64,000 nt of DNA from Candidatus Hydrogenedentota bacterium (lineage in GTDB: Bacteria; Hydrogenedentota; Hydrogenedentia; Hydrogenedentales; SLHB01). Made by a program: the position numbers and the translations under genes. Each line of letters starts with the position of its first letter. Position 1 is the stretch's first letter. Positions 51,658 to 60,055 of this stretch are shown piece after piece. The notes beneath the pieces were generated by a model that was not told the DNA's origin, searched no databases, and was given only the letters and a program-made list of their open reading frames with translations. The stretch spans positions 1 through 64,000 of the forward strand of contig CAXXYE010000009.1 in assembly GCA_963674865.2 (NCBI GenBank), read 5' to 3'.

Positions 51658-51708
51658 GGCGAGTGCGCCGGCATCGAAGACTCCGTCTTCTCCAGGGAAG
51701 CTCTATTT

Positions 51709-51753
51709 GCCGGCAAGATACCGGCGAGACAGCAAGCGAGACGCTTGCGCTAC
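51709..51753 (-). repeat. GTAG-type REP-like palindromes
   Basis: Minus strand GTAG-C-GCAAGCG-TCT-CGCTTGC (51753-51732) plus adjacent GCCGG-CAAGATA-CCGGC, lying between convergent genes. Confidence 0.55.
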
Positions 51754-51768
51754 AGCCAATCGCCGCGC

Positions 51769-52647
51769 CTACTCGATAACCTTCCGAATGCTCACGGGGG
51801 CGTTTTGGGATTCGGCGATCTCGTCGGACAGGCTGCGCATGTTGGCGGCGCACTCGACAAAGCCGGAGCTTTGGACGAGCACGAGGCGCTCGCCGGTAGG
51901 GACATCACCGTAGGCGCTGACGAATGTGGCTTGGTAATGGGCTTTGCCGATGGTTATGTCGAGGGTGTCGCCGCGCTTGATGCGGAGGCGTTGAAGTTGC
52001 TGACGAGTGATGTTCGTCACGAGGTTGCCGTAGATATCTTTGCGGACGACGGCGCCGAGGGCTGCGCCTTGCTTGACCTCGCTCACGGGAACGTCTAGCT
52101 CGATCATCTTCTCGAGTTCTGGCCCCGCGTCCTCGATGGCCACGCCGCTGGCGAGCGAGGCGGCCACGGGCCCGAAGATGTCGCGGCCGTGAAACGTGGT
52201 GGACAAGCTGCCCGCGCGCCACAGGGCCTTGTTGCTGCACTCGTGCAATTGCGCGACGCCGTACTCACGCGCCACCAGCGTCAGCAGGCCATTGTCCGGG
52301 CTGACAAAGTACTGGCCAGCCTTGGTTTCCAGGACGATGCACTTGCGATCGGTGCCCACGCCGGGATCGACCACGCAGCAGAAGGTTGTCCCGCGTGGAA
52401 AGGCGCCGCATGCTTCCAGCAGGAGGTGCCCACCCGCGAGAACGTCAAAGGGCGGCACGGAGTTCGTGGCCGTCACCACCTTGGCCTCGGGGAATTTCGA
52501 GTAGATCGCGCCCTTCAGTATGCCGACGTATATCGAGTCCGCCCCATAGTCGGTTAGAAGGACAACCATGCCATTGGGTTTGGCCGCGCCGGAGCCGGCC
52601 CCCGCCAAGAACACCAACAGGATACATAGAAGCGCGCGCGTCTTCAT
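51769..52647 (-). CDS. SAM hydroxide adenosyltransferase/SAM-dependent halogenase family (DUF62) with signal peptide
   Basis: LLTDYG, VVDPGVGTDR, SPDNGLL, STTFHGRDIFGPVAA, DIYGNLVTNI. Confidence 0.92.
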   Translation of the reverse strand: MKTRALLCILLVFLAGAGSGAAKPNGMVVLLTDYGADSIYVGILKGAIYSKFPEAKVVTATNSVPPFDVLAGGHLLLEACGAFPRGTTFCCVVDPGVGTDRKCIVLETKAGQYFVSPDNGLLTLVAREYGVAQLHECSNKALWRAGSLSTTFHGRDIFGPVAASLASGVAIEDAGPELEKMIELDVPVSEVKQGAALGAVVRKDIYGNLVTNITRQQLQRLRIKRGDTLDITIGKAHYQATFVSAYGDVPTGERLVLVQSSGFVECAANMRSLSDEIAESQNAPVSIRKVIE

Positions 52648-52699
52648 GGCGACCTCCTCTTGTTACTAAGCGCTCTCGGGATTTTACTCCGTCCACCAC

Positions 52700-52846
52700 T
52701 TACTCGCACAATTCCGCCTCGTGGCTGTCGATCTCCCATTGCCCGAAGTTGACCTCGACCTTGCCGTCAGAGGAGATGGTGACGCGGCAACATTCGATTC
52801 CGTCCGCTATTGGTGCCAGATCTACTACAAACGCCAATTCTGTCAT
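52700..52846 (-). CDS. Possible 48-aa acidic small protein
   Basis: Manual translation MTELAFVVDLAPIADGIECCRVTISSDGKVEVNFGQWEIDSHEAELCE*. GC-rich third positions but no SD. Confidence 0.3.
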   Translation of the reverse strand: MTELAFVVDLAPIADGIECCRVTISSDGKVEVNFGQWEIDSHEAELCE

Positions 52847-52940
52847 CGCCAGGCGTCTGCTGTGGAAGACCTAGGCAGGAACTTGCTTGTTTTCCTGCCG
52901 ATTCTCAGCACAATCGGGTGGTTTCCGGGTACAATTGGGT

Positions 52941-53175
52941 AGAGACACGGCCCATGTGCGGGGAGCGTCTTGAGAGCGACTTTCACTGGGTCACCTGGCT
53001 GTGGTGACATTGGGGCTGGTCTGCCCGGTTGCGGTGGTGTCGTAATGTGGCACGGCAGGCCGGCCCCGACCGCTCCTCGATACGCCTTCCCTCCCGGCCA
53101 AGTCCCTCCGAAGGTACTCCTCCCCGCCGTAAACTCCCGATACATACGTCCTCGCGGCAAAAACTGGGCCGTGGT
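52941..53175 (+). ncRNA. Candidate structured ncRNA (about 230 nt)
   Basis: Closing stem CACGGCCCA (52946-52954)/TGGGCCGTG (53165-53173); long hairpin 53010-53069 with G-U pairs on the plus strand; TACAAT at 52930-52935. Confidence 0.5.
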
Positions 53176-53227
53176 GCCACAAGGGGCATGAAAGCGACTG
53201 GCAACGCGCGAGAAGATGTCTCAAACG

Positions 53228-53980
53228 CTATGGTCGGCGAGCGATGACGTGGTAGTCGGCCTTATCCTCGGCGAAATCGGTTTGGATGTCACCGAAGCCG
53301 GCGGATTCAAGGCGTTGGAGCAGGTCTTCGGCGTGGAATGGATAGTAGGTGACGACGTGGGAACGGCAGGAGACATTTCCTTCCTCGTCCTCGAAGATAA
53401 GGACGATCTCGACGGTGTGGGGATCCTCCAGCCGCTCCTGCCACGTCCAGATATACAGCGGCGTGCACCGCTTCCCGTCCCGAATTCGCGGCGGCAGCGG
53501 CATGAAACGCCACCGCTCATCGCGCATGCGGCTCCAGTTGCGGTTGTGTAGGAGGAGGGCGCCATGTCTCTTCAGCACATCGCGCATGCCGCAGAAACAC
53601 CGAACCATTTGCTCTTCATCTTTGCAATGGCTGATCGAGCTGCCGTAGCAGATCACAAGGTCGAAGGGCTCCGCGAAAGCCTTCGGGAGCTCTTCCCAAG
53701 CACAGACGGCCAGTGGGATGGCCACACCCGCCTCTTGAGCGTGCCGGCGCGCCTCGGCCACCATGGCGCTGCTCACATCCGCGCCGAAGACGCGGTAGCC
53801 CCGGCGCGCCAAGCCGATGGCATGGGCGCCTATGCCGCAGGCGCAGTCGAGAATGGTGCTTCGAGGGCCTTGCGCTTCCAGCAGAGGCGCGTGCTCCGCC
53901 ATGAACCGTTCCCCGGCGAGGGTCTCATCCGAGTAGAGCCAGTGGTAGTCCGCCGCGAAGGCATCGTATTGCTCGTCCAC
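53228..53980 (-). CDS. Class I SAM-dependent methyltransferase (glycine/sarcosine N-methyltransferase-like)
   Basis: ILDCACGIG, GADVSSAMV, FDLVICYGSSISH. GTG start at 53980. Confidence 0.87.
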   Translation of the reverse strand: MDEQYDAFAADYHWLYSDETLAGERFMAEHAPLLEAQGPRSTILDCACGIGAHAIGLARRGYRVFGADVSSAMVAEARRHAQEAGVAIPLAVCAWEELPKAFAEPFDLVICYGSSISHCKDEEQMVRCFCGMRDVLKRHGALLLHNRNWSRMRDERWRFMPLPPRIRDGKRCTPLYIWTWQERLEDPHTVEIVLIFEDEEGNVSCRSHVVTYYPFHAEDLLQRLESAGFGDIQTDFAEDKADYHVIARRP

Positions 53981-54138
53981 GGTCTTGTCCCCTTTCACCT
54001 CATGCACCCATGACGGCGGCTTGGCGACACGTTCAGTATACACCAGACTTGCCCCGGGCAGCCGGGCCTTCTTGAACCACGCCGCCAATCACACTATGAT
54101 CCGTGCTGGTTGTGTATCGAACGTGGGGATGACGCAGC

Positions 54139-55674
54139 ATGCTTGCACGGGTCCAGTCCAGCGCTGTTCTTGGGATCGAAGGGCTGCCCTTGGCGGTCGA
54201 GGTGGACAATCACCCGGGCACCAACCAGTTCGTCATGGTGGGCCTGCCCGACCTCGCCGTAAAGGAGAGCAAGGAGCGCGTCGGATCCGCCCTCAAGAAC
54301 TCCGGCTTCCGGTATCCCCGCGGGGTCGTCATCGTCAACCTCGCGCCCGCCAACGTCCGCAAAGAGGGCAGCGCCCTCGACCTGCCCATCGCCGTCGGCA
54401 TGATGGCCGCCAGCGAGCAGATCGAAGGTATGCGCTTCGCGGAGTACAGCCTCGTGGGCGAGTTGGCCCTTGACGGCTCCATCCGCCCCGTGGCGGGCGT
54501 GTTGCCCATGGCCCTCGCCGCGCGGGATCAGGGGCTCCGCGGCATCGTCGTGCCGATGGCCAACGCCGAGGAGGCGGGCGTGGTTCAGGGCGTCGAGGCG
54601 ATCCCCGTGCGGACGCTGGACGAGGCCGCGGCATTCATGTCCGGGACGAGTATGATCCAGCCTTACGTGACGGACGTGCGCGGCCTATTGGACACGGCCC
54701 GCCGCCAGGTCCCCGACCTGAACGAGGTCAAAGGCCAAGAGCACGTGAAGCGGGCGTTAACCGTCGTCGCCGCGGGCGGCCATAACCTGCTCATGGTGGG
54801 CCCGCCGGGCACGGGCAAGACGATGCTGGCCGCGCGCCTTCCGGGCATCCTGCCAGACATGACATTCGAAGAGGCCCTCGAAACCACCCAGGTGTACAGC
54901 GTGGCCGGGATGGTCGCGAAACAAGGGGGCTTGGTCGTCCAGCGGCCCTTCCGCGCGCCGCACCATACCGCGACGACGGTGTCGATCTCGGGCGGCGGGC
55001 ACGGCCTTCAGCCCCTCCCGGGCGAAGTCAGCATGGCGCACAATGGCGTGCTCTTTCTCGACGAATTGCCCGAGTTCAACCGCGCCGCCCTCGAGGTGCT
55101 CCGGCAACCTCTCGAAGAAGGGCTGGTGCACATCCGCCGCGCCATGTACTCGGTGACGTTTCCGAGCCGGTTCATGCTCGTGGTGGCGATGAATCCGTGT
55201 CCGTGCGGATGCCGGACGGACACGCGACGGCAGTGCCGGTGCACGGTGGGCGAGATCCAGCGTTACATGAACCGCCTGTCCGGCCCGCTGCTCGACCGCA
55301 TAGACATCCACGTGGACGTGCCAGCCCTCTCTTTCGAGGAACTGTCGGACGAGCGGCCCAGCGGCCCGACGAGCGCGGAGGTGCGCAGCCAGGTGCAGGA
55401 GGCCCGCGAACGCCAGCGGGCACGACACAATGGCTCCGTGGCCTGCAACGCCCATCTCGACTCCGCCGCGCTGCGGGCGCATTGCCGCCTCGGCGACAGT
55501 GCCAAGAAACTCCTCGAAAACGCCCTCGACCGCCTCGGATTCAGTGCCCGCGCCTACGACAAAGTCCTCCGAGTCGCTCGCACCCTCGCCGACCTCGACG
55601 GCGCCGACGCCATCGCCGACAATCACGTCGCTGAAGCCATCCAGTACCGAAGTCTGGATAGGGAATTGTTTTGA
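54139..55674 (+). CDS. comM: YifB/ComM Mg-chelatase-like AAA+ ATPase
   Basis: VGLPDLAVKESKERV, NLAPA, GELALDG, GPPGTGKT, RAPHH, FLDELPEF, NPCPCG, SGPLLDRIDI. Confidence 0.96.
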   Translation: MLARVQSSAVLGIEGLPLAVEVDNHPGTNQFVMVGLPDLAVKESKERVGSALKNSGFRYPRGVVIVNLAPANVRKEGSALDLPIAVGMMAASEQIEGMRFAEYSLVGELALDGSIRPVAGVLPMALAARDQGLRGIVVPMANAEEAGVVQGVEAIPVRTLDEAAAFMSGTSMIQPYVTDVRGLLDTARRQVPDLNEVKGQEHVKRALTVVAAGGHNLLMVGPPGTGKTMLAARLPGILPDMTFEEALETTQVYSVAGMVAKQGGLVVQRPFRAPHHTATTVSISGGGHGLQPLPGEVSMAHNGVLFLDELPEFNRAALEVLRQPLEEGLVHIRRAMYSVTFPSRFMLVVAMNPCPCGCRTDTRRQCRCTVGEIQRYMNRLSGPLLDRIDIHVDVPALSFEELSDERPSGPTSAEVRSQVQEARERQRARHNGSVACNAHLDSAALRAHCRLGDSAKKLLENALDRLGFSARAYDKVLRVARTLADLDGADAIADNHVAEAIQYRSLDRELF

Positions 55675-55737
55675 TCTAGGAATCGAGGCCGAAGTTCAGA
55701 CTCCGTTCGGCCCGAAGTTCATCGCAGGAGACGTGTT

Positions 55738-56511
55738 ATGACCCGAGGCATGCTCCCAGATAGAGAGTTGACGCAGATAGAGAAGGAGCTGATCCCGGTA
55801 ATTCCATTGCGCGAAAGAGCCTTGGCGATGGCCCCGGATCTCATCAGTGCGTCGTTTCCTGCGACTAGCGAAGTCCCGGTCGCTGCCGTTTGCTTCCAGG
55901 ACGCCACGAGAGTGCTGTGCGAATGTCGAACTGCGCTCTACGAGTGCTATACACACGGAATCTACTACAGGCAATACAAATCCCCTCCTCAGGAGTCAAC
56001 TGCCACCAGCATGGAGCAGTTTTTCCTGAGCGATCTGGCCCTCCGTCTTTACCCCGCCGGTGAACATCTCGCCAGTGCAATCATATTTGCGCTCGAGATC
56101 ACCGAAGCTGATTTGGCGCGTTACAAGAACGGTCGCGCCTCAATACAGTTGGTCGTTGGCAATTATCTGATCAACGAGCAGCCGAAATCCTTGGTTACTC
56201 AAGCTATCCGAAAGCTGGCTGCATCACGCGAGTGGAAGCTTGCCATGAAGTATCGTGGCGAATATGTGCATGATCAACCGCCCTCCGTAGAGGGGCTTGG
56301 AATCTGGTACAAGCGACAACCACGCTGGACGCGGGATCCCTCGGCCAAGAAGATGACGTTGGCCCTTGGAAGCGGCGACAAGCCGGACTACTCTACCGAG
56401 AGAGTCAGGGAATTCCTTGAAAAAGGGTTCTCTTGCCTGGTTCAGGCAGCAGGTGAGTGCATCGGGTGCTTCGAGCGTGAGTTGCGGAGCAAGAACGTTC
56501 AGCTGCAATAG
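55738..56511 (+). CDS. Cthe_2314-like HEPN-domain protein (putative RNase effector)
   Basis: All-alpha pattern with YRGEYVHDQPP (R-x4-H followed by PP); AGGAG RBS; visibly lower GC than flanks. Confidence 0.6.
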   Translation: MTRGMLPDRELTQIEKELIPVIPLRERALAMAPDLISASFPATSEVPVAAVCFQDATRVLCECRTALYECYTHGIYYRQYKSPPQESTATSMEQFFLSDLALRLYPAGEHLASAIIFALEITEADLARYKNGRASIQLVVGNYLINEQPKSLVTQAIRKLAASREWKLAMKYRGEYVHDQPPSVEGLGIWYKRQPRWTRDPSAKKMTLALGSGDKPDYSTERVREFLEKGFSCLVQAAGECIGCFERELRSKNVQLQ

Positions 56512-56579
56512 CCATTCACGCGGACGCCCTTGGGCGCGGCGAAGTTGAGAGGTGAGCTTATAAAGGACCTTGTTATAGC

Positions 56580-57314
56580 ATGGATCGGTGGGCGCTATTC
56601 ATTGACATAGAAGGATTCGCGAAGATCTACCCCGCGGATTTCATCCGGGCCATGGTGCCACTACGTGCTCTAATGGAATCCATATACTATGTTGGCGGCC
56701 GCGTGTGCCCCGAGACTCCTGAACGATTGTTCGCCCATCAGATAGGGGACGGATTCATGATTGTCTCAGAGTTCGCTCAGAGAAGTCCGAGATTGCCCGT
56801 TGCCATCGGCGTTTTCTTGCTTCAGCGTGTCCTTCTCGCCGGCGGGATAGCGAAGTGTTCCATTTCGCAGGGCAGTTTCGGCAGTGTCTCAGGCTGCTAC
56901 CCCGACGTGATCCGAGAAAGTGAGGACGAATGCGGTTGCATCCGCCTTGGTGGTGGACTTATGACAATCTTCCCCGTCATGGGGACGGCCCTGATCAACG
57001 CGTATAGGCTTGCAGGAAGAGAGCACGGGAGTCTGCTGATCGTTGACAGCGCTCTGGACACATCCTTGCTTCCCGCAGGAATCTCAGTGACAAAGCAGTC
57101 AGACGAGTACTACATCGTTGATTGGCTCCATGCCGCCTCCCCTGAACTCGATGAAATCCACACAAGGACAGGGATTCCCAACTCTTGTATGGCCGAACTG
57201 GAAGTGCGCGCGGCTGGCTACATTCTCGCGAATCAAGAGGATCTTCCTCGCGAGTGGAAGGAGAACACGCAATCCTACAACCGCTTTCAGGCTGACGGAT
57301 ATGAAGGATGTTGA
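56580..57314 (+). CDS. Stand-alone class III nucleotide-cyclase-like protein
   Basis: LFIDIEGF (metal Asp 1), HQIGDGFMIV (metal Asp 2), CSISQG, VMGTALINAYRL, LLIVD. Confidence 0.7.
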   Translation: MDRWALFIDIEGFAKIYPADFIRAMVPLRALMESIYYVGGRVCPETPERLFAHQIGDGFMIVSEFAQRSPRLPVAIGVFLLQRVLLAGGIAKCSISQGSFGSVSGCYPDVIRESEDECGCIRLGGGLMTIFPVMGTALINAYRLAGREHGSLLIVDSALDTSLLPAGISVTKQSDEYYIVDWLHAASPELDEIHTRTGIPNSCMAELEVRAAGYILANQEDLPREWKENTQSYNRFQADGYEGC

Positions 57315-57390
57315 ATTCCAGAACAGGTGCATGGAGAGACCTCCTGTGTGAAGAGGAGTGATCCAGTTCCTGAGGTCCACGCAATATGCA

Positions 57391-57422
57391 GCGTTGTGCA
57401 ACGCACGATGGTGAGGTACACT
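57391..57422 (+). promoter_or_regulatory. TA promoter with an operator-like inverted repeat over the -35
   Basis: GCGTTG-TG-CAACGC (57391-57404); TTGTGC, 17 nt, TACACT (57417-57422). Confidence 0.5.
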
Positions 57423-57462
57423 CTATAAGAGCTCGCTGATGGTTGACAGGAGACTGAAAAAG

Positions 57463-57777
57463 ATGTCAGGCAAAACGGTTCTAGCCAGCAGACAAGACGC
57501 CCTGATAGCATTGTGCCGCGCGTATTGCGTCGAGCGGCTCGAGTTATTCGGTTCCGCAACGGGTGAGTCGTTTGACGACAACACAAGCGACCTCGACTTC
57601 CTCGTCACCTTCAAGCCTTGCACGCCAAGTGAGCACTACGAGCGCTATTTCGGGCTTGTCGAGTCACTGGAATCCCTTTTCGGACGGCCCGTGGACCTCG
57701 TCGAAGCGCCTGCCATGCGCAACCCCTACTTCATCCGCCAAGTGAATGAGAGCAAGAGGCCCGTGTATGCCGCATGA
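57463..57777 (+). CDS. mntA: Minimal nucleotidyltransferase (MNT) antitoxin
   Basis: LELFGSA...SDLDFLV, LFGRPVDLV, NPYF. Confidence 0.9.
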   Translation: MSGKTVLASRQDALIALCRAYCVERLELFGSATGESFDDNTSDLDFLVTFKPCTPSEHYERYFGLVESLESLFGRPVDLVEAPAMRNPYFIRQVNESKRPVYAA

Positions 57778-58111
57778 TCCCTGCAAGTTGCTTCACGACG
57801 TGCTGGATTCGTGCCGGTTCCTGACGGAGTTCAGCGCGGGCAGGACGTGTGAAGACTTGCGCAACAACCGCGGCTTCCGCTCTGCCGTGGAGCGCGAGCT
57901 TCAGATTATTGGCGAAGCGGCCATGATGCTCGCCAAGACCTCCCCGGAGGTCGCTAAACGGATAAGCGAGTACCAACGCATCATCCGTTTCCGCCATATA
58001 CTGGTACACGGGTACGACGTCCTTGACTGCGACATCACGTGGACGATTGTTTGCGACAAGGTGCCCGTTCTTGCCGACGAAGTGGAGCACCTTTTGAGGG
58101 AGATGCCGTAG
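57767..58111 (+). CDS. hepT: HEPN/DUF86 (HepT-like) RNase toxin
   Basis: AVERELQIIGEAA and FRHILVHGY (R-x4-H-x-Y). Overlaps the MNT gene. Confidence 0.9.
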   Translation: MPHDPCKLLHDVLDSCRFLTEFSAGRTCEDLRNNRGFRSAVERELQIIGEAAMMLAKTSPEVAKRISEYQRIIRFRHILVHGYDVLDCDITWTIVCDKVPVLADEVEHLLREMP

Positions 58112-58238
58112 GAAGCACCGCCCGGTGGGAACCGCGACAAGGTGCTCTCTTCTTTCTGTCATACGCCTTTCGCAGGCTGAGGGTGCACCTTGCGGGATGT
58201 ACTTTACATGGCCTGACGCCGGGCTTTAGGCTATCGAC

Positions 58239-59950
58239 ATGAACGTGCTGTGGATGGGTTTGGATTCGGGGGTCGCGGCCTACCGTGAGCGTGGCGGGCG
58301 GCACGCGTTCCGGGTGTTGTCGGCGGCGGAGCCGGCGGATTACACGTTCGCGCCTGAGGAAACCGCCGCGGAGGTGGTGGAGAAGATATCGTCCTCCTGG
58401 CCGGTGGATCTGTTCGTGTGCTGGTTTCCGGAACTCTATCCGCCACCGCGTGCCATCGAGGATTGTCCCGTCAAGACGGCCGCGGCGGTATCGGACTGGA
58501 ATATCTACTCATCGCAAGTCGAGTACAACCTGGCCCGGTTCGACGTGGCGCTGACGGATAAGCCGGGCACGCAGGCGCTCCGGCTGCGGGGGACAACGGC
58601 GCAGTACTTCTTCCCGCTCTACACGCACCTGAGCGCCGTTCACCGCAAGCTCGACATCGAGAAGGATATCGACGTGTTGTTCGTGGGGAACCTGAACCAC
58701 GCGATCCACGTCGAGCGCGGCCGGTGTCTCGAGCGCATCGCCGCGCTGTCGGATCGATACCGCGTCGTGATCTGCGGCGGGCGATTCGGCGATGATTACA
58801 CGCGGCTGCTGAACCGCGCGAAGATCGTGTTCAACCGCTCCGTCCGCCGCGAGATGAATTCCCGCTGCTTCGAGGCGCTGGCGTGCGGATCGCTGCTGTT
58901 CATCGAGGAAGACAACATCGAAGTCGGCGACTACCTCCGAGATCGCGAGGAGGTAGTGCTGTACAACGAAGATAACCTCGTCGCGTTGATCGAGCATTAC
59001 CTGTCCCGTCCGGACGAAGCGGCGCGCATCACCGCTCAGGGGCATGCCAAGGCCGCGTCGTTGGCGGCGGAGAACGACTTGAAGCGCTGGTGGACTGGCT
59101 TGCGGCGCGCCCATCCAGCGGCCGGCGCTTTCGCAGCTTTTCGCCGCGCGAGCGCGCCTTTGCGGAGGTCGTCTTCTACGCGTCAAGCCTTGTCCCCGGC
59201 CAGCAGGCCCTAGCAGAGCGGCTATTGGATAGACACCTCGATGAGTACGGCGATCACGCCGAATTCCCCGCCGCCCGTGCCTGCACGCGCCTGGCGCGGC
59301 TCAACGCGATGGGCGAGGAAGAGCGCAAGTCAGCCACGAAAGACATCCTCGACAACCTGCGCCGGGCGTGTGCATTGGCGCCGGAGGCGGCCCCGCTCTG
59401 GCTGAACCTGGCCTTCGTCTGCCGTCAGGCCAACGCGGCGGATGCGGAACGCCGTTTCCTGGAACTGGCCTTGAAGGCGGATTCCTGCACCCACGGCAAC
59501 CTTTTGATGGGATTCACCCACGATCCTTACTACGTGGCATGGCGGCGTGCGCTTGCCGTGGGGAAGGAACGCGTCGAAATCCTGTGGGCCGCCGCCGCGG
59601 CCCGGCTGGCGGCTATCGAGCTGGGCGCGGGACGCCATGGGCCAGCGCGCACGTGGGCCGATCAGGCCGTAGCGTGGCTGCCGGAGGTCGCCGAGCCTTA
59701 CCGTTTGGGCGCGGCGGCGGAGGTGCATCGCGGACGCCCGGCTGACGCGGCGGCATTGCTCGAACAGGGCCTTCCATGCGCTACGTTCCGGGCGGATTTC
59801 CGCGTGGACATGGTGCTCGCCCTGCGCGACTCCGGCGCCGGGGCACGCGCCCAGGCACTGGCCCTCGAATCGGCACGCCTGTTCGACGCCTGCCCCGACG
59901 AGCCGCAAACGGCCGCGGCCTTTCGGGCCTTGGCGGCGGAGATTGGCTAG
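58239..59950 (+). CDS. CgeB/YkvP-type glycosyltransferase + TPR region, -1 frameshift near 59075
   Basis: DVLFVGN, YTRLLNRAKIVFN, RCFEALACG. Inserting one C at AAC^GA restores ENRLEALVDW, matching ENRLDALIDW in the paralogue at 15247..16923. Confidence 0.8.
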
Positions 59951-60055
59951 CCGCACGTCCTTTTGACTCTCCCGTCAATGTGGCCTACACTGCGTTCTTT
60001 CAACCTACGCTGGAATGCATCGGGAGCGCGGGAAGACGATTGGGAGTGCCGGACA

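Noticed and set aside
53020..53145. SAM-I riboswitch-like words on the minus strand (ATCGGGAG...GGAGGGACTTGGCC...GCAACC) upstream of a SAM hydrolase-family gene
   Set aside because: Spacing between the words is far longer than in SAM-I, no convincing P1/P4, and the G-U pairs favour the plus strand. An Rfam RF00162 scan would settle it.
55675..57460. Integron cassette array (GTT just before the HEPN and cyclase start codons)
   Set aside because: No matching RYYYAAC boxes or attC-type palindromes after the genes.
58053..58145. 12-bp direct repeat GCGACAAGGTGC in and after the HEPN toxin gene
   Set aside because: Short, only two copies, no matching copy at the other end of the islet; could be chance.
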